DNA from: Ylistrum balloti
Taxonomy: Eukaryota
NCBI RefSeq assembly: GCF_031769215.1
Contig: NW_026782576.1
Span: 682,001-746,000, forward strand
Reading direction: 5' to 3'
DNA: 64,000 bases
A program made the position numbers and the translations under genes. Below the pieces are notes generated by a model. The model saw only the letters and a program-made list of their open reading frames with translations, was not told where the DNA came from and searched no databases. Positions 26,701 to 38,599 of the stretch are shown here, one piece after another (position 1 is the stretch's first letter; the number at the start of each line of letters is the position of its first letter).

Positions 26701-27906
26701 TGATGTGTCAAAAGACCAGCATGCCTACACGTTTGCCTGGCTTATTGTATATTTTTTAATTTGCTAGTTTCAAACTTACTTACAGTGTATTACAATGTTA
26801 ACACTCTTTATAATGCTATTATGTTTCCAGGGGAAAGGAGTCGGCATCAATCCGATATTCTTCATGCTTCCAGCTGCTATTTCTACGTCTTTTGCCTTCA
26901 TGTTACCGGTCTCCACCCCACCAAATACTATCGCTTTCTCCTACGGATACTTTAGGATTATAGACATGGTTTGTATACATAATCTGTCTCCACCCCAACA
27001 AATACTATCGCTTTCTCCTACGGATACTTTAGGATTATAGACATGGTGTGTATACATAATCTGTCTCAACCCCACCAAATACTATCGCTTTCTCCTACGG
27101 ATACTTTAAGATTATAGACATGGTTTGTATACATAATCTGTCTCAACCCCACAAAATACTATCGGTTTGTCCAACGAATACTTTAGGATTATACACATGG
27201 TGTGTATACATAATCTGTCTCAACCCCACCAAATACTATCGCTTTCTCCTACGGAATTTTAAGATTATAGACATGGTTTGTATACTTAATCTGTCTCAAC
27301 CCCAACAAATACTATCGGTTTGTCCTACGGATACTTTAGGATTATAGACATGGTGTGTATACATAATCTGTCTCAACCCCACAAAATACTATCGGTTTGT
27401 CCAACGAATACTTTAGAATTATTTAGGATTATAGAAACGGTTTTCATACATGTAATGTAAAACTGTTCCATGATTTATGGATTTTTAAAACGTATACGAG
27501 ACACTGAACCGTTGTCACACTGGTACTTGCCTCTATCTTTCGTCAATGCTGATCTGATGAGGTGCTGTTAATGTGAAGCATATGTTATACAGAGTTGAAA
27601 GTTTGGGGGGGATGTCGTTTAGATATTGACAGATTACATAAATACTGTAGCCTTCTTATGTACAGTGAAATATCACCTGTAGTATGTTGCATTTTCCCTT
27701 TTTTCATTTAGGTCAAGGTCGGTTGGTTTTTGAACGTGTTGTGTGTAATCGTCGTTTCTGTGGCAGTGAACACTTGGGGAATGATATACTTCCGATTTGA
27801 TGTACTTCCTGAATGGGCAACATTGTCGGATATGACATTTTTAAACTCTACCAGTTCAACATATACTAGCATTTTAAATTTTACACAGGCAGCGACTATT
27901 AAATAG
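14452..27906 (+). CDS. SLC13: SLC13 (DASS family) Na+-dependent dicarboxylate/citrate/sulfate cotransporter-like, 14 coding exons, 600 aa
   Basis: join(14452-14550,17505-17654,18412-18527,19715-19875,22499-22598,22704-22886,23251-23370,24222-24308,24700-24804,25190-25269,25793-25899,26201-26362,26831-26968,27712-27906). All introns are GT-AG, phases are consistent, total 1803 nt. Family motifs: YWVTETFPVAITA, ERWNVHKRFAL, LMLGFM..TTAMMVPI, GGIATLTGTGTN, LLDWK..FPWEV.LLIGGGFALA, ESGLS.W, FMLPVSTPPN; AATAAA at ~27946. Exact orthologue not assignable. Confidence 0.95.
14541..14829 (+). repeat. 40-bp tandem array (~7 copies) whose first unit is the SLC13 exon-1/intron-1 junction
   Basis: Real junction AAACTCGCAG|GTAAGTAGGCTGTCTCATGTAATGTATAGT, followed by copies AAACTAGCAGGTAAGTAGACTGTCTCAGGTAATGTATA(A/G)T. 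Confidence 0.95.
14866..17410 (+). repeat. 39-bp minisatellite (~65 copies) filling SLC13 intron 1
   Basis: Unit GATAATTGTAGTAAAC(A/T)CACAGG(T/G)AAGTTA(A/G)CTGTCAAT; shares the AAACT..CAGGTAAGT..CTGTC core with the 40-bp array. Confidence 0.97.
18780..19100. mobile_element. Degenerate dispersed-repeat fragment (HINE-like internal motifs) in SLC13 intron 3
   Basis: AGGTCAAAGGTCA, AAAGGTCACGTGATCC and CTTCCAAGATGGCGCCCATAGCAAC motifs, recalled as typical of bivalve non-autonomous elements. Confidence 0.3.
21390..21610 (+). mobile_element. Penelope-like element (PLE) reverse-transcriptase relic in SLC13 intron 4
   Basis: Translation DLPCLYLISKLRKNPYSQCFNAGSSSRSTKP resembles the PLE RT N-terminal motif LP.LYW.PKLHK.PY..R.IAGS..CS.K; truncated by a stop at 21608. 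Confidence 0.6.
21885..21945 (+). repeat. Short dispersed repeat; an inverted related copy lies at ~45262-45325
   Basis: ACATGGCGGGTGTCGTCAATGAAGCAGAAGACGCTC versus the reverse complement of 45262-45325, ACATGGCGGTTGTTGGCGTTAAAACAAAGGACGCTTACCCTTCCG. Confidence 0.35.
23696..23745. repeat. (CA)n microsatellite, ~25 units
   Basis: Direct inspection. Confidence 0.98.
26907..27420 (+). repeat. 77-bp tandem array (~6.6 copies) made of the 3' end of SLC13 exon 13 plus its donor and intron start
   Basis: Unit TCTC(C/A)ACCCCACCAAATACTATCGCTTTCTCCTACGGATACTTTAGGATTATAGACATG|GT(T/G)TGTATACATAATCTG. Donor-like ATG|GT at 26968, 27045, 27122, 27199, 27276 and 27353. Confidence 0.95.
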
Positions 27907-29079
27907 TATTGCTGTATACGGGCTTCAGAAATAATACAAGAATTAGAATAAAAGTATTCGTAACTCCTGTAAGCATTCACTATCATCACAAATCATTGTT
28001 GGACATGAATACCTTGTTGTTGTAGTAAGCGAGAGGTATAAGGAAAGGAAATGCACTACAGTCAGTTATGTTTGATGAAGTAACATATGATACAGATAAT
28101 TAACTGAGGTAATTTACTCACCAGCTGTTACAATGTCTCGTTTAATCAATATTCAGCTATAACTACAATAACGGGATTCCTTGTACTTCTGGATATTATG
28201 AAGTTACTCTTCACGTTGATCACCTGTCTACGGTTAGGTTGGAAATAACTGTACTATTATACCAGTCTAGACTTGTGTTGTAAGCTGACTCAATCACTAC
28301 TGCAGACTTCAAAGTAACGCCATCTTTAGCAATTCAGGCATGATAATGAATATCCTTAATTAACGTGAAAGCAGTTGGCCCAGACAGTCAATCTAAAACC
28401 AAAATTTACTGAAAAATGACTGTAGAAGTACTAGTACTAGATAAATTTGAAAACTGAAATCTGTCCTTTGACATATACTTTAGTAAATTTGTATAACCTT
28501 TTGTAAGGGACATTCAAGTAAGCTATAAAATTGTGTCGACTTTGTGTTGTAATGTGACCAGTTCTCATCATAATTTCCATAGAATTCTCCATAATGGGAT
28601 TAAAGATGAAGCTACTGACGCGGTATAACTACGGTTTTAACTTACGTCGAGACCCAACCGCCATCGAGAACTTGTTTTATTGGTTTTTTTTTATATTCAG
28701 CGATTGTGAAGCTGCTTGTAAACCGGAAGTGAGTTGCCGATTCAGTGAATACCATAAGAAGCTATCATTACATAAGCATTTCTATGTCCGTTATATAAAG
28801 TATGTATTATAGGAATATGGTTTACATTTAACTATTATCTGCGAGTCTTGTTATACTGTGATAATTATCATCATCAGAACTACATATTGTTCTGCCATAT
28901 CACGATATTATATGAGTAACATTACGCGTATCGTCTGCTATTTCTGCTTGTATTTTATATTATATTATATCTTCAATTTTCTCCATTATCCAGATAAATT
29001 TTGAATGTGAAATTAGGGAAAAGGACAAGAAGAGGGCATTATTTCATTAGTTGTAACTATAAAAATACTGGATTTGTAA

Positions 29080-29200
29080 TGTGCAAGGGAAAGGAAATTT
29101 TGTGAGAATGGATGTGAGAAGAGATTTGATTGACTGAGAATGATCATGTGATCTGGTGAAAAATGTATAAAAGGGAGCGCGAAAGACCTTCCTGTCACGT
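29080..29200 (+). promoter_or_regulatory. Candidate TATA promoter, possibly of the OTU-ApoL gene
   Basis: TATAAAAG at 29166-29173 followed by a CpG-richer stretch. The ATG at 31651 is preceded by a polypyrimidine acceptor (TTTGTGTAG|AAAATG), which implies an upstream exon. The link between the two is unproven. Confidence 0.25.
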
Positions 29201-30779
29201 CGCCAAAAGACTGACAACCAGTAGAGTTCAGCGTAAAGTAGCTGTTACAGACATGCCTATATAAGGAATTATATTCTAATTCATTGAGGATCTGTGTTGT
29301 CATTATAAGTAATTATGTCTACGCAGTTCATGATTGTCTACTACCACACTGACTTCTGACAGTATGAGTGATGTATGAGAGGGGCAGCATCACTCTACAT
29401 AATACAAAATTATTAAAACAAATTGAAATGTCTTATGGTGTTTGTGAAGTGTTTTCATAACCTGATGAGGACCGCTGAAGACCAATGCCAGACCTGTTAC
29501 AACATATAGCCGTAAGCTCCCGAATCAGACAAATGTGTCAATAATCTGTACAGAAACAAAGTAACAATCTTGTTCAAGTCAACTAAATTCATCCCACAAA
29601 TTTCATCACTATAACATGAAAGAATATGTTCACACTTGAGTTCAATCTGACAAACTATTGTCAGCCTTACAGGTCAGAGAATCTTTGATTAATTTCTTTA
29701 CATCACCAATCTATATTGGTCGTCGACTAGGTTGTTCGTCGACAACGCTGTTGTTTACCAAGTATTCTTCAAAGCGATCTTGAATTTAGAAGCAGCCTAT
29801 GAAAAATGAAAATGTGGAGGACGTAATGACATATCCACAAATACAAAATCCCTGCATAATACAGTTACCACACCAAAGTAAAAAAAACAAACAAACTAGG
29901 AGGTGATTATTCAGTTAAAGCAGGGAACCGAATTTATACCGTGTCTTTGGAGTATGCTTCCTCTTAAATAAGGTATTGGAGGGTAATTGTATTTCTTCCA
30001 GTGTGTTTTAAACCAATATATTTATCTGATTAAGTCATGAGTCAGTATATGCATCTCGTGTGCCGATAGGATTTGTACGAACACATTACACGTTTAAAGG
30101 GAGATAACGCCAATTGGTTGACGAATCAAATATGCGGAAGTGGTATGGCTGGACAATCTTGTTTATAGATTCTTGTAGAGACGTATACACGTCATATCGG
30201 ATCCAAGTTCAGCTTTATCATGTGACATCGACATTAACCGAATAATACTCTGTAATGAGGATTGGACACATGCATCGGGTAGGTGGCCACAACAATGTCT
30301 TTACATGAAGCAGATATTAACACCATGTCGTGTTGTGTGTTGACCAGTGTGGGGCGTAAACCGTTTTAAGATAGTTTTCTATAGTTAACGTGTAGCCTGT
30401 CGGTGTATGATGTATAACACGACACACTGTGTTTAGTTGGTTCTTTTACTGGCTTTAAAAACTGTAATGAATAATTACACATTGTTCACTGACCGGAGCT
30501 CATTATTATTGTACAACTAGCGCGACGGTCATTAGACAGAAACCATAACAACGTGTTAAGTTAGTGATGTATGGCGAAGGAGATTACAAGTATGTTGATA
30601 CCTATTGCACCATTAAATTGCAAATAGTATGAAACTATCTTTCGTATCACGTATTATAAATACTGATGAATTCTATGCATGCAATATGAATATATACGAG
30701 TTTCCCTTCGAGGCTTTGTACTTTCGTTTTAGCTATACTTAATGTACCGATGTATAGTAGAGTGCATTATCTGTCTGAT

Positions 30780-31560
30780 CTTATAAGTCCCCGACTGGTG
30801 GAACCGGGGGATGGTGGTGTGGTTAGGGATGGTTGGAGAACTTAAGGTTTCCTTCCGTCTGTCCGTCCCTGCGTCCTTACGTCCGCCTATGACAGTATAT
30901 TTGTATGTCAACACTTTCGCGGCTTCATTCATTGAATGATTCTCGCCAAACTTCACACACTTATGAATCATCAAAATATCTTGAACAAGTTCGAGTTTTA
31001 GGGTTATTGGATCAAAGTCAGGATCGCTGTTATCATTTTTATTATTCTTAAAATCATTGTCGCCACTCTAACGGATCATGTATTAAAGGTTTCGTCAAAC
31101 TTACTTGTTTTGGCAAATGCGAGTTTCAGAGCTGATCGGTCGATCTCGCTGTTAGAAAATCAGTGTTCAGAGGATTTAACCGTTATGGGATTTTGATCAA
31201 ACCACACTTACAATTACTCAGAATATCGTGGACAAGTTCGAGTTTCACGGTTGTTGAGTCAAGGTCACGGTCTTTTGCTTTGGAAATGCATTATCATCAT
31301 TCCAGTGCCTTCATTCCTTGAGGGATTCTCAGCAAACTTTACATGATTTGAAATACCTACATATTAATGATAATAATAATATCTTGATCTCGTACTATTG
31401 ATAGAAAATCATTATCAGCGCTCTAGCGGCTTCATTTCTCTCAGGATTTTGATAAAACCTCACCGCTTACAAATGACTTTAACTCACTGCTGGCGAAGAA
31501 ACTATTGTGAGATTTTTCATTCTTATTTGTTGCATGGTAAGCTCGAAGTTTTATTGCAAT
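30780..31560. mobile_element. HINE/pearl-like non-autonomous element, degenerate
   Basis: Hairpin TCCCCGACTGGTGGAACCGGGGA, then CCGTCTGTCCGTCC microsatellite, then spaced internal repeats AAGTTCGAGTTT...GTCAAGGTCA at ~30985, ~31115 and ~31233. Confidence 0.55.
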
Positions 31561-31650
31561 GTGTATTCCACCTTTCGTCAATATTTGCAATCGGTCGTTA
31601 ACAATATCTTTAGGTTTTTGTTTTTGTTTGTTTATTAGTTTGTGTAGAAA

Positions 31651-34600
31651 ATGGATTTGGGTGACGCCTTATTCCAGAAGTTGGAGGAGAAAGGACTTAA
31701 TGCGAATGACGTAGACGATCAGGAGGATGACTTTTACAGAATAATTTCCATTTTACTATATGGGGAGGCAAAGCGACATTCGAAATGTAGAGAACGAATA
31801 TGTACGTTTCAAACTGAACCAGAAAATATTAAATATTTTGAATTGTTTCTGAACCAATCTTCCAATACTGGTTCGCAAAAGAAAAGTTATCAAGAGGAAT
31901 TTTTGGATGATGTTAAAAAAAGAAATTATGATAGTACACCCCCCACTGCACGTGAGATATATGCTGCGTGCGAACTTATTGGACGTCCGATAGAGGCATT
32001 GGTGTGTAACTATAGCGATAAGGAGTCGATTTCGCCCACGCTGCAGTGGAGACTTTTTGTTCCGGTACTTGGGCGAGTTACTCCACAAACAAAGCAAAGT
32101 TTCAAAATGTTGATCCTGCTTAAAAGACACAAGGCAATCTTTCACGCATTCAAACCGCTATTAGGAGTGGACAATGAATCCATAAATGGGGCCGTCAATC
32201 AGAGTATGGATAACGCTTCCAATCAAAGCACAGATGCCATGGATGATCAACTTTCACATGAAATCATCTATCAGAGGACAGACGTACCCAGGCGTTGTTA
32301 TGGCAATAGGTTTTCCAACAAAATATTTTTGTCACCTATTTCCGTGGCTGACACAAGCTACCCCGATGCAAGCGAGTGGAAGCCAAATACAGAAATAGAT
32401 ACATTTTACCAGTGTTTGAGCCAGGAAATGTATGGTGTCTGTGACCATTGGAAACGAGTGAAAAATATTTTATTTGCACTGGAGGAAGAGGAAGATAGTA
32501 TCAATGTTTTTGCAGCTATTATCACAGACAAGGATTCGGAAAAAGAACAAGCTATGAAAGATCACATTTTGAAAATGAAAAAGGAAGGAAGCAAACCAAC
32601 AAAAACCGAGATGTTCGCTGCGGCAAGTCTTCTAAACGCTTATGTATATGTTCAAAGCTTCACAAACGGAGCCTACACGTGGGAAATATATCCACCTATC
32701 AGAAATAGGTTTTGCAGCGTGGAGCCAATGGATTCATTTGTTGCATTAAAATGTGCTAATATAACCGAGACGTATTCCATTGATCTGTCATTTGCTACCA
32801 ATGGTGACAATTTAAGAGAGGCAGCGCCAAAGGTTCCTGGCAACTTATTAACGATAAAGGAGCAGATAGACAGCATTACGCGAGACGTACTGGGTAAGTA
32901 TTACACCGACACCAGTCGTATGAAATATCCGTTCATGTAATTATAAATTATCAAATATATATAATAAGATTCTTGGAAATTCGCAAACGAACCTTTTTAT
33001 TGGGAGGTTTTCAATTCAACTCTTTAATTCTGCGGCGCGTACACGCCAGGAAATTTACACGCAATTACTCTATCCTTACCTGGACAATGATGATTACAAT
33101 GATTCTTACTTAATGTTTACAGCTCGTTTTGAAATATATCCACTGAGGTACGATGTATGAAATACATTTGTTTTGTTTTGATATGCTGTGTCTTCTTGTA
33201 GCCAGGAGGGTACCGTGTTGTGAAGGACATCTTCACCTATCACACAAGGACAATACCGGACGGAAGAGGCCCACAAAGGCGAGAAGGAATCCATTCACAG
33301 ATCCACCGTCTAGCGTTCGAAACGTTCTCAAACTTCTTCGGTCAGAAGGTCGAGAACTGGAGAAAATCGAAGCGTACGATTCCACATTATTTCGGTGCAT
33401 AAGCAAAGAGGTATCTGGTACGGAGGAGGAATTTGAATCCATTCGAGACAGATGTTCTGTTGGTTTGGGGGCAGATGTCAATGAAGTCGGGGATTCTCCA
33501 CGAATAAGTATGAGAGAACAGGAACAAGGACAGATTGTTCAGGCCTTAGCTGATTGGTTAAGTGTTTCTATATATATCTTCACACAGGCAGATGGTAACG
33601 ATCGGGTGCAATACCAGTGGCGCTCTTACCATCCTACGAGATCTGAACTCGAGGCCGACTTCATACACTCCCTTGGCTGTCGTTACTACATCACACTCTT
33701 CTTTGACATACGGAGCCGGAAATACGACAGGGTCATTCCAATCAGTGGTTGCAATTGCCAGCTGATGTCGCCTATCCCACTTTTCGTGGAAACATACGGT
33801 AAATATTTCCATTCTTTTTTTGTTGCGTCGTTGCGAAGTAAACAACATAACTTCATTTTAATATATATGTTTCTCGATTTCCCTTTATTAAAACCCCGCA
33901 TGGAAATGTGAGTGTCCCATACAGATTAGAGTAATAACGATGTCCCTCCGCCCATCTGTCTCTCCGTTATCACCTTCGATTCCGGAGATTATTGCAGAAT
34001 CAAGAAGGCCAAACTTTCAAAGTTTAAATGACGATAAACATTGATATGTAGATGGACAGTAGCGATTTATAGAGATATAATGTCAAAGTTACTGCTACTA
34101 ACATCACCACAGGATTTTACCATATATGATCATGGTACCGATAAATATTCGTTTATGACATGAAGCAAAGCTGACTGAAATCAAATGAGGAGTCTCTCGT
34201 CTACAGGTTAGGTTGACAAGAGTCAAATAAACATATTTTAATGGTAAATATTGTGTTATGACACCATAAAGCATCGTAAACCAGAAACGAGATCTCACTT
34301 GGCGATAGGCCAAGGTCACTAGGTATGGTGATACATGTGCATTTGTTACGACGACGATATGAAATAAAGTTGATCAGACTCTAATGTCATGTCAACTTTT
34401 TATAGGTCGGGATCGCTAGCACAGAACAGATGTCAAGGTTAAATTTTTGATATTGTACTTTATGTGATATGATAAAAACACCTTAACCAAAATCATATGA
34501 GGACGTGTCTGATTAAAGGTTGAGATGAACTGATTTGAAGCAGTCGTCACATTTTAAATATCTTACTGGAAAATACTTGCGACATTATGAACTAGAAAAA

Positions 34601-36988
34601 CAAAATGCAGCAAAAAATGTATTATCTCTCAGATATTACTATCAAAATTCTGTTTCTTAAATGAGAAATATTTTACCTACATACAATAAATGAAAAATTG
34701 AACTAAATGGAGAACCTCTATATAAGAGCTGTACATAAGAATCACAAGGTAGAGGCCGTTCTATTACACATCACACAATTATTAACTACATAATTCACTC
34801 AATTTTAATGCCTTTAAACATGCTATAATATTCTTTATCAACTCCGTTTTAGTATTGTACACATTGTGGGACCATTTCTGATATTTCAACACTACTTTCA
34901 ATCTTTCTTACACTGTCGGTTTATTTGAGTGACTTTTGTTTCAGGAGAAATACAACATCCCGGTATCGTCCAGATCTCTGAAACGAATCATCACATGACC
35001 TTAAAGCGACGTCTACCGTCACAGTTCAGTAATGAACAGTTTGTGTGTGAGACACGGAAACCATTGCTAGCACGTCAATTCTCTGAAAGTTACAGGGTCC
35101 TGCACGAACGTCAAGACATGTCGGCCCGGTTTATTGATTCCGTTTATGAGGACTCGCATTCTTTCTATAGGTGTCTCAGCAAGGAGCTGTTCGGAACGCA
35201 GGAACAATTTGGACTTATCCGTAAATGTCTTTTGAATGCAATAGAGGAATCACGTTCCGAGCTGGAATATGATTTAAAAGAACTGGCTTCATTGTTGGGA
35301 GGATCGCCGTTAACTTTGGATGAACTTAAGCAAAGAATCACTGACCTTAGAAATGCAGAAAATGAGGAAATTTATCTTGCAAGTGTTGTATTTGCAACTT
35401 CCATTTACGTACTGGGACGAGGAGATGCTAATGATCTGAACAGTTTTACTTGGAGACATTTTTCCTGGAATGTTATGAAGAAAGCCTACACCACACACAG
35501 TTGTGACAAACGCAGTCGGGAAATATGTCCATCCGGCGGGCGATATTACATTTCATTGTTCAAGAGCTCTGCTGGCCATTACGATCGAGTGGTTCCAAAG
35601 TACGAGCTATGTAATTGCGCAATGATGCTTCCCGAAGATGCGGAGACGGGTCCCCTAGATCCCAGTCAAATTAGGCTTGATGTTCCCAATCAGAGCATCG
35701 GTAGGTAAAAGCAATGGTTTCTTTGATGATTATAACTACACAAAACAAATGCATACAAATACATATATCCTCCTCGATCTCCGAAATATGTATTCAATGT
35801 AAAGGATACTCAATCAAGGATTCCGTGATAATGGGCATGGTAAATGTCAGATTGATGTAACAGTCTAGTGTTTTACAAATATTTCGTGAGGGTACATCCA
35901 TTGATTTCAATATTTCTCATATCTTTGTCAATTTATTTTGAAGGTAAACATCCAAGACATGACAGTATATCATGTCCATAGTTTAAAACTACAATTGTCT
36001 GGAAAGTAAATGTCCGTAAGATGTAAAACTCGAAAGCAAACATCTTGTTAGCACTATCTGCCCATTTTGGGAATGTTTTACAGCCATAAACGTTTTGCTG
36101 CTTTTAAAACGAAATGACATGTAAGGCAGTTTCTAGCAGGTATTTAATCATGAAATCTGGAATGATTGCATTCATAAATTTCATGAAACTATCTTTTTTT
36201 ACACAGATACAAGAGGTTTGCTCGTAACACGAAACGTTGATATGTATCTTACCAAACTACGGATATCTTTAAACACATGGCTACAGGTGAGTGAGGAGAC
36301 AGAAAAGATATGCCATCAGATTGTTGCAGAACTTGAAAATCGCCGTTTTGGCGTCAACATTGCTACCATAATAGGTGGCTCCACGGGTCTAGTCGGAACG
36401 GGGCTAGCAGTGGCTGGAGTGATTGCTGCACCATTCACTGGCGGTTTGTCCTTAGGTCTTACAATAGCAGGCGCTGCAGTCGGCGGAGTAGGTGGGGCTA
36501 CAATGGCAGGGTCAAAGATCACAGAAGTCGTTCTCGGCAGTAAGGCGACTGATGTTCTGAAAATCAAACAAACATTACTTAAAGCTAAATCTGATGAACT
36601 GCAGACAGCTATAACAGAATTTACGGAGAGCGTGAAGACAATGGAAGTTGACGTGAAAGAGCTTCTGCGCGATGACAGCCTTCAGGCTGTAGATTCTGCA
36701 ATCTTTTCAACAATCAGCACGCTTATCCGGGCCTTACACCACCTTTATGTCATCCCAATGACTGTTCTGAGGGTATCGTTCCAAGGTGTTGCTATGATTT
36801 CTGCGATACTCATTCCTCTCGCGGTCCTAGTAGACTTAGGCTCAATCGCACACGCGGGATGGAATCTGTCGAAGCAGTCAAGGACACAGGTGTCGGAGGA
36901 CTTGCGACGAATAGCGGTCGTTCTCAGATCATGTAGGCTTCAGCTGGAAACGTGGGCGTACGGAAACGAGGAAAAGGACGATTGCTGA
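31651..36988 (+). CDS. 1125-aa protein: four tandem OTU-like domains lacking the catalytic Cys plus a C-terminal apolipoprotein-L domain
   Basis: join(31651-32893,33202-33798,34945-35700,36207-36988); three GT-AG introns, all phase 1, 3378 nt open. OTU-like Cys-loop/helix segments: QEDDFYRIISILLYG..RH..CR, EIDTFYQCLSQEMYG..H, YDSTLFRCISKEVSG..IR, DSHSFYRCLSKELFG..IR; later E..AA..L and (H/K)YDRV motifs. ApoL hallmark: GLAVAGVIAAPFTGGLSLGLTIAGAAVGGVGG. Domain calls are by eye. Confidence 0.85.
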
Positions 36989-38599
36989 TGAGAAATATTC
37001 GATGAATAGAGGGATGAACGCGAAGTGAGGAGAAGAAATATAACAGCGATTGAGAGGTGGGTACAATTGAGAAGAGTAACAAAAAAATCCTTCGGTAGCG
37101 AGATCCGTGAAATGGACAACTGCAAGGACGGATGAATGTATCTGCACTAGTTTACCTAAACAATCTTGAAAACACACCAAGTTATAGGAGAATGTCTGAC
37201 GGTTTCAGTGCAATTGCATTTGTACATTATGTTCATAATTGTGCCTTAAACGATATATAGGTGATCATATAATTAGAAAATATGGACCGAATTTCGAGAT
37301 TTTTTCAAAAACAGTTTTGTTAATACTCTAAAATTTGTTTTATATTTATTTAACATATATATATATATGCTGAATCGTCAAAGTGTTTTAACATGAAGTA
37401 TTATATATTTTACAATCATTTTGGTGATAATCTTGTGTCTTTTACTAATCTTGTTCATACTATAAATTATGTTATATTTACAACACATACTATTTTAACC
37501 TGAATAGTCCTATTTTTGTAACTTCTTTTTGAAAGCAAAAAAATACTGAGCAGTTATGACCTCTAGGATATAAAGGTGAAAAGATGCTTGAAATGATTGT
37601 TGATGTAGAAAATTTAGTCTTCATACAAGGATGTGTAGCAAAGTGCGGCATGTAAAGTTCGTCGCAGAAAGTTCAACAGAGGTCAACAAAATGGTGCAAT
37701 CTTCCACATCAGGATATTAATATAACAAAGAATGTGCCGACATGTTAACAGAATCTTAAATCAAACACAAGGCAAAATATGAACAAACGGAAGATTTACA
37801 TGGAAAGTCTTGAAAAATTAAAGTAGAAGATCAGGTGTTTCATGTCATCATTGAAAGTAAAGTGCGCTATAATGTACGTAGTTTTAATAGATATGCACAT
37901 TAGATAGAATTATCAGAAAAATAATTATTTGATTGTAATTCCGTGTAAACGCCCCCATAAATACACTGTGTATCCTAATTTGCGCATGGTTTGGGATATA
38001 TTATGTTTCTATAGTTTTACTTTAGTATTTGCTCAATCACAATATCCTCGTGGAAAATGAGGCACATTAATGATACCTCCCCGAATATCAGTTACTGTTA
38101 TGTTTTACAAACTTTTTAATAATCTTTTATAAATGTTTTTATTTATCAGTGTATCTTTCCTATATACGCACTCACATTTTGTTGGTGTTGAGGTTTCTGT
38201 GATTGGTATAACATATCTCGCGTCTTAAGTGGTATACTTATTTTAACTTCCTGTCGCTAATCGTAGCTAGTTAGCTGCACTTCATTGTCGCGGACTACTA
38301 TATCATAATATAGTGTAATTGATGTTTAATATGTATGTGTCAAGTGTTTCAATCGCACATGTTTAACACAAGCGGAAGAAATTTTAGTTACGATACCTCT
38401 GTGTGTTATACTGATGCAAATTGCCTAATACACGACATAGTAAACTCTATATTGATGTTAGATAGTATACATTACTGTCATTCCATTCTCAGTTTTCATT
38501 CCAACGTTATAGCTTAATCACCATGATATGCCATTGTTGTATTTTCTTGAATGACCGTTTGATTTGACTGTATTTGTCTTGCCTTTTATTGTTTCCCTA

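Noticed and set aside
29461-29490. CTGATGAG as a hammerhead ribozyme core
   Set aside because: No stem II followed by GAAA, and no flanking stems I/III found.
30720-30730. IRF/ISRE-like ACTTTCGTTTT upstream of the OTU-ApoL gene
   Set aside because: The same 11-mer occurs at ~55489 and inside the RT ORF, and it sits near a repeat element; not distinguishable from chance.
36316-36567. Minus-strand ORF over the ApoL exon, and similar antisense or alternate-frame ORFs over the OTU exons and the RT
   Set aside because: Shadows of the real coding frames.
37560-37880. Purine-rich, coding-looking stretch downstream of the ApoL exon
   Set aside because: Stops in the frames I read and no recognisable domain.
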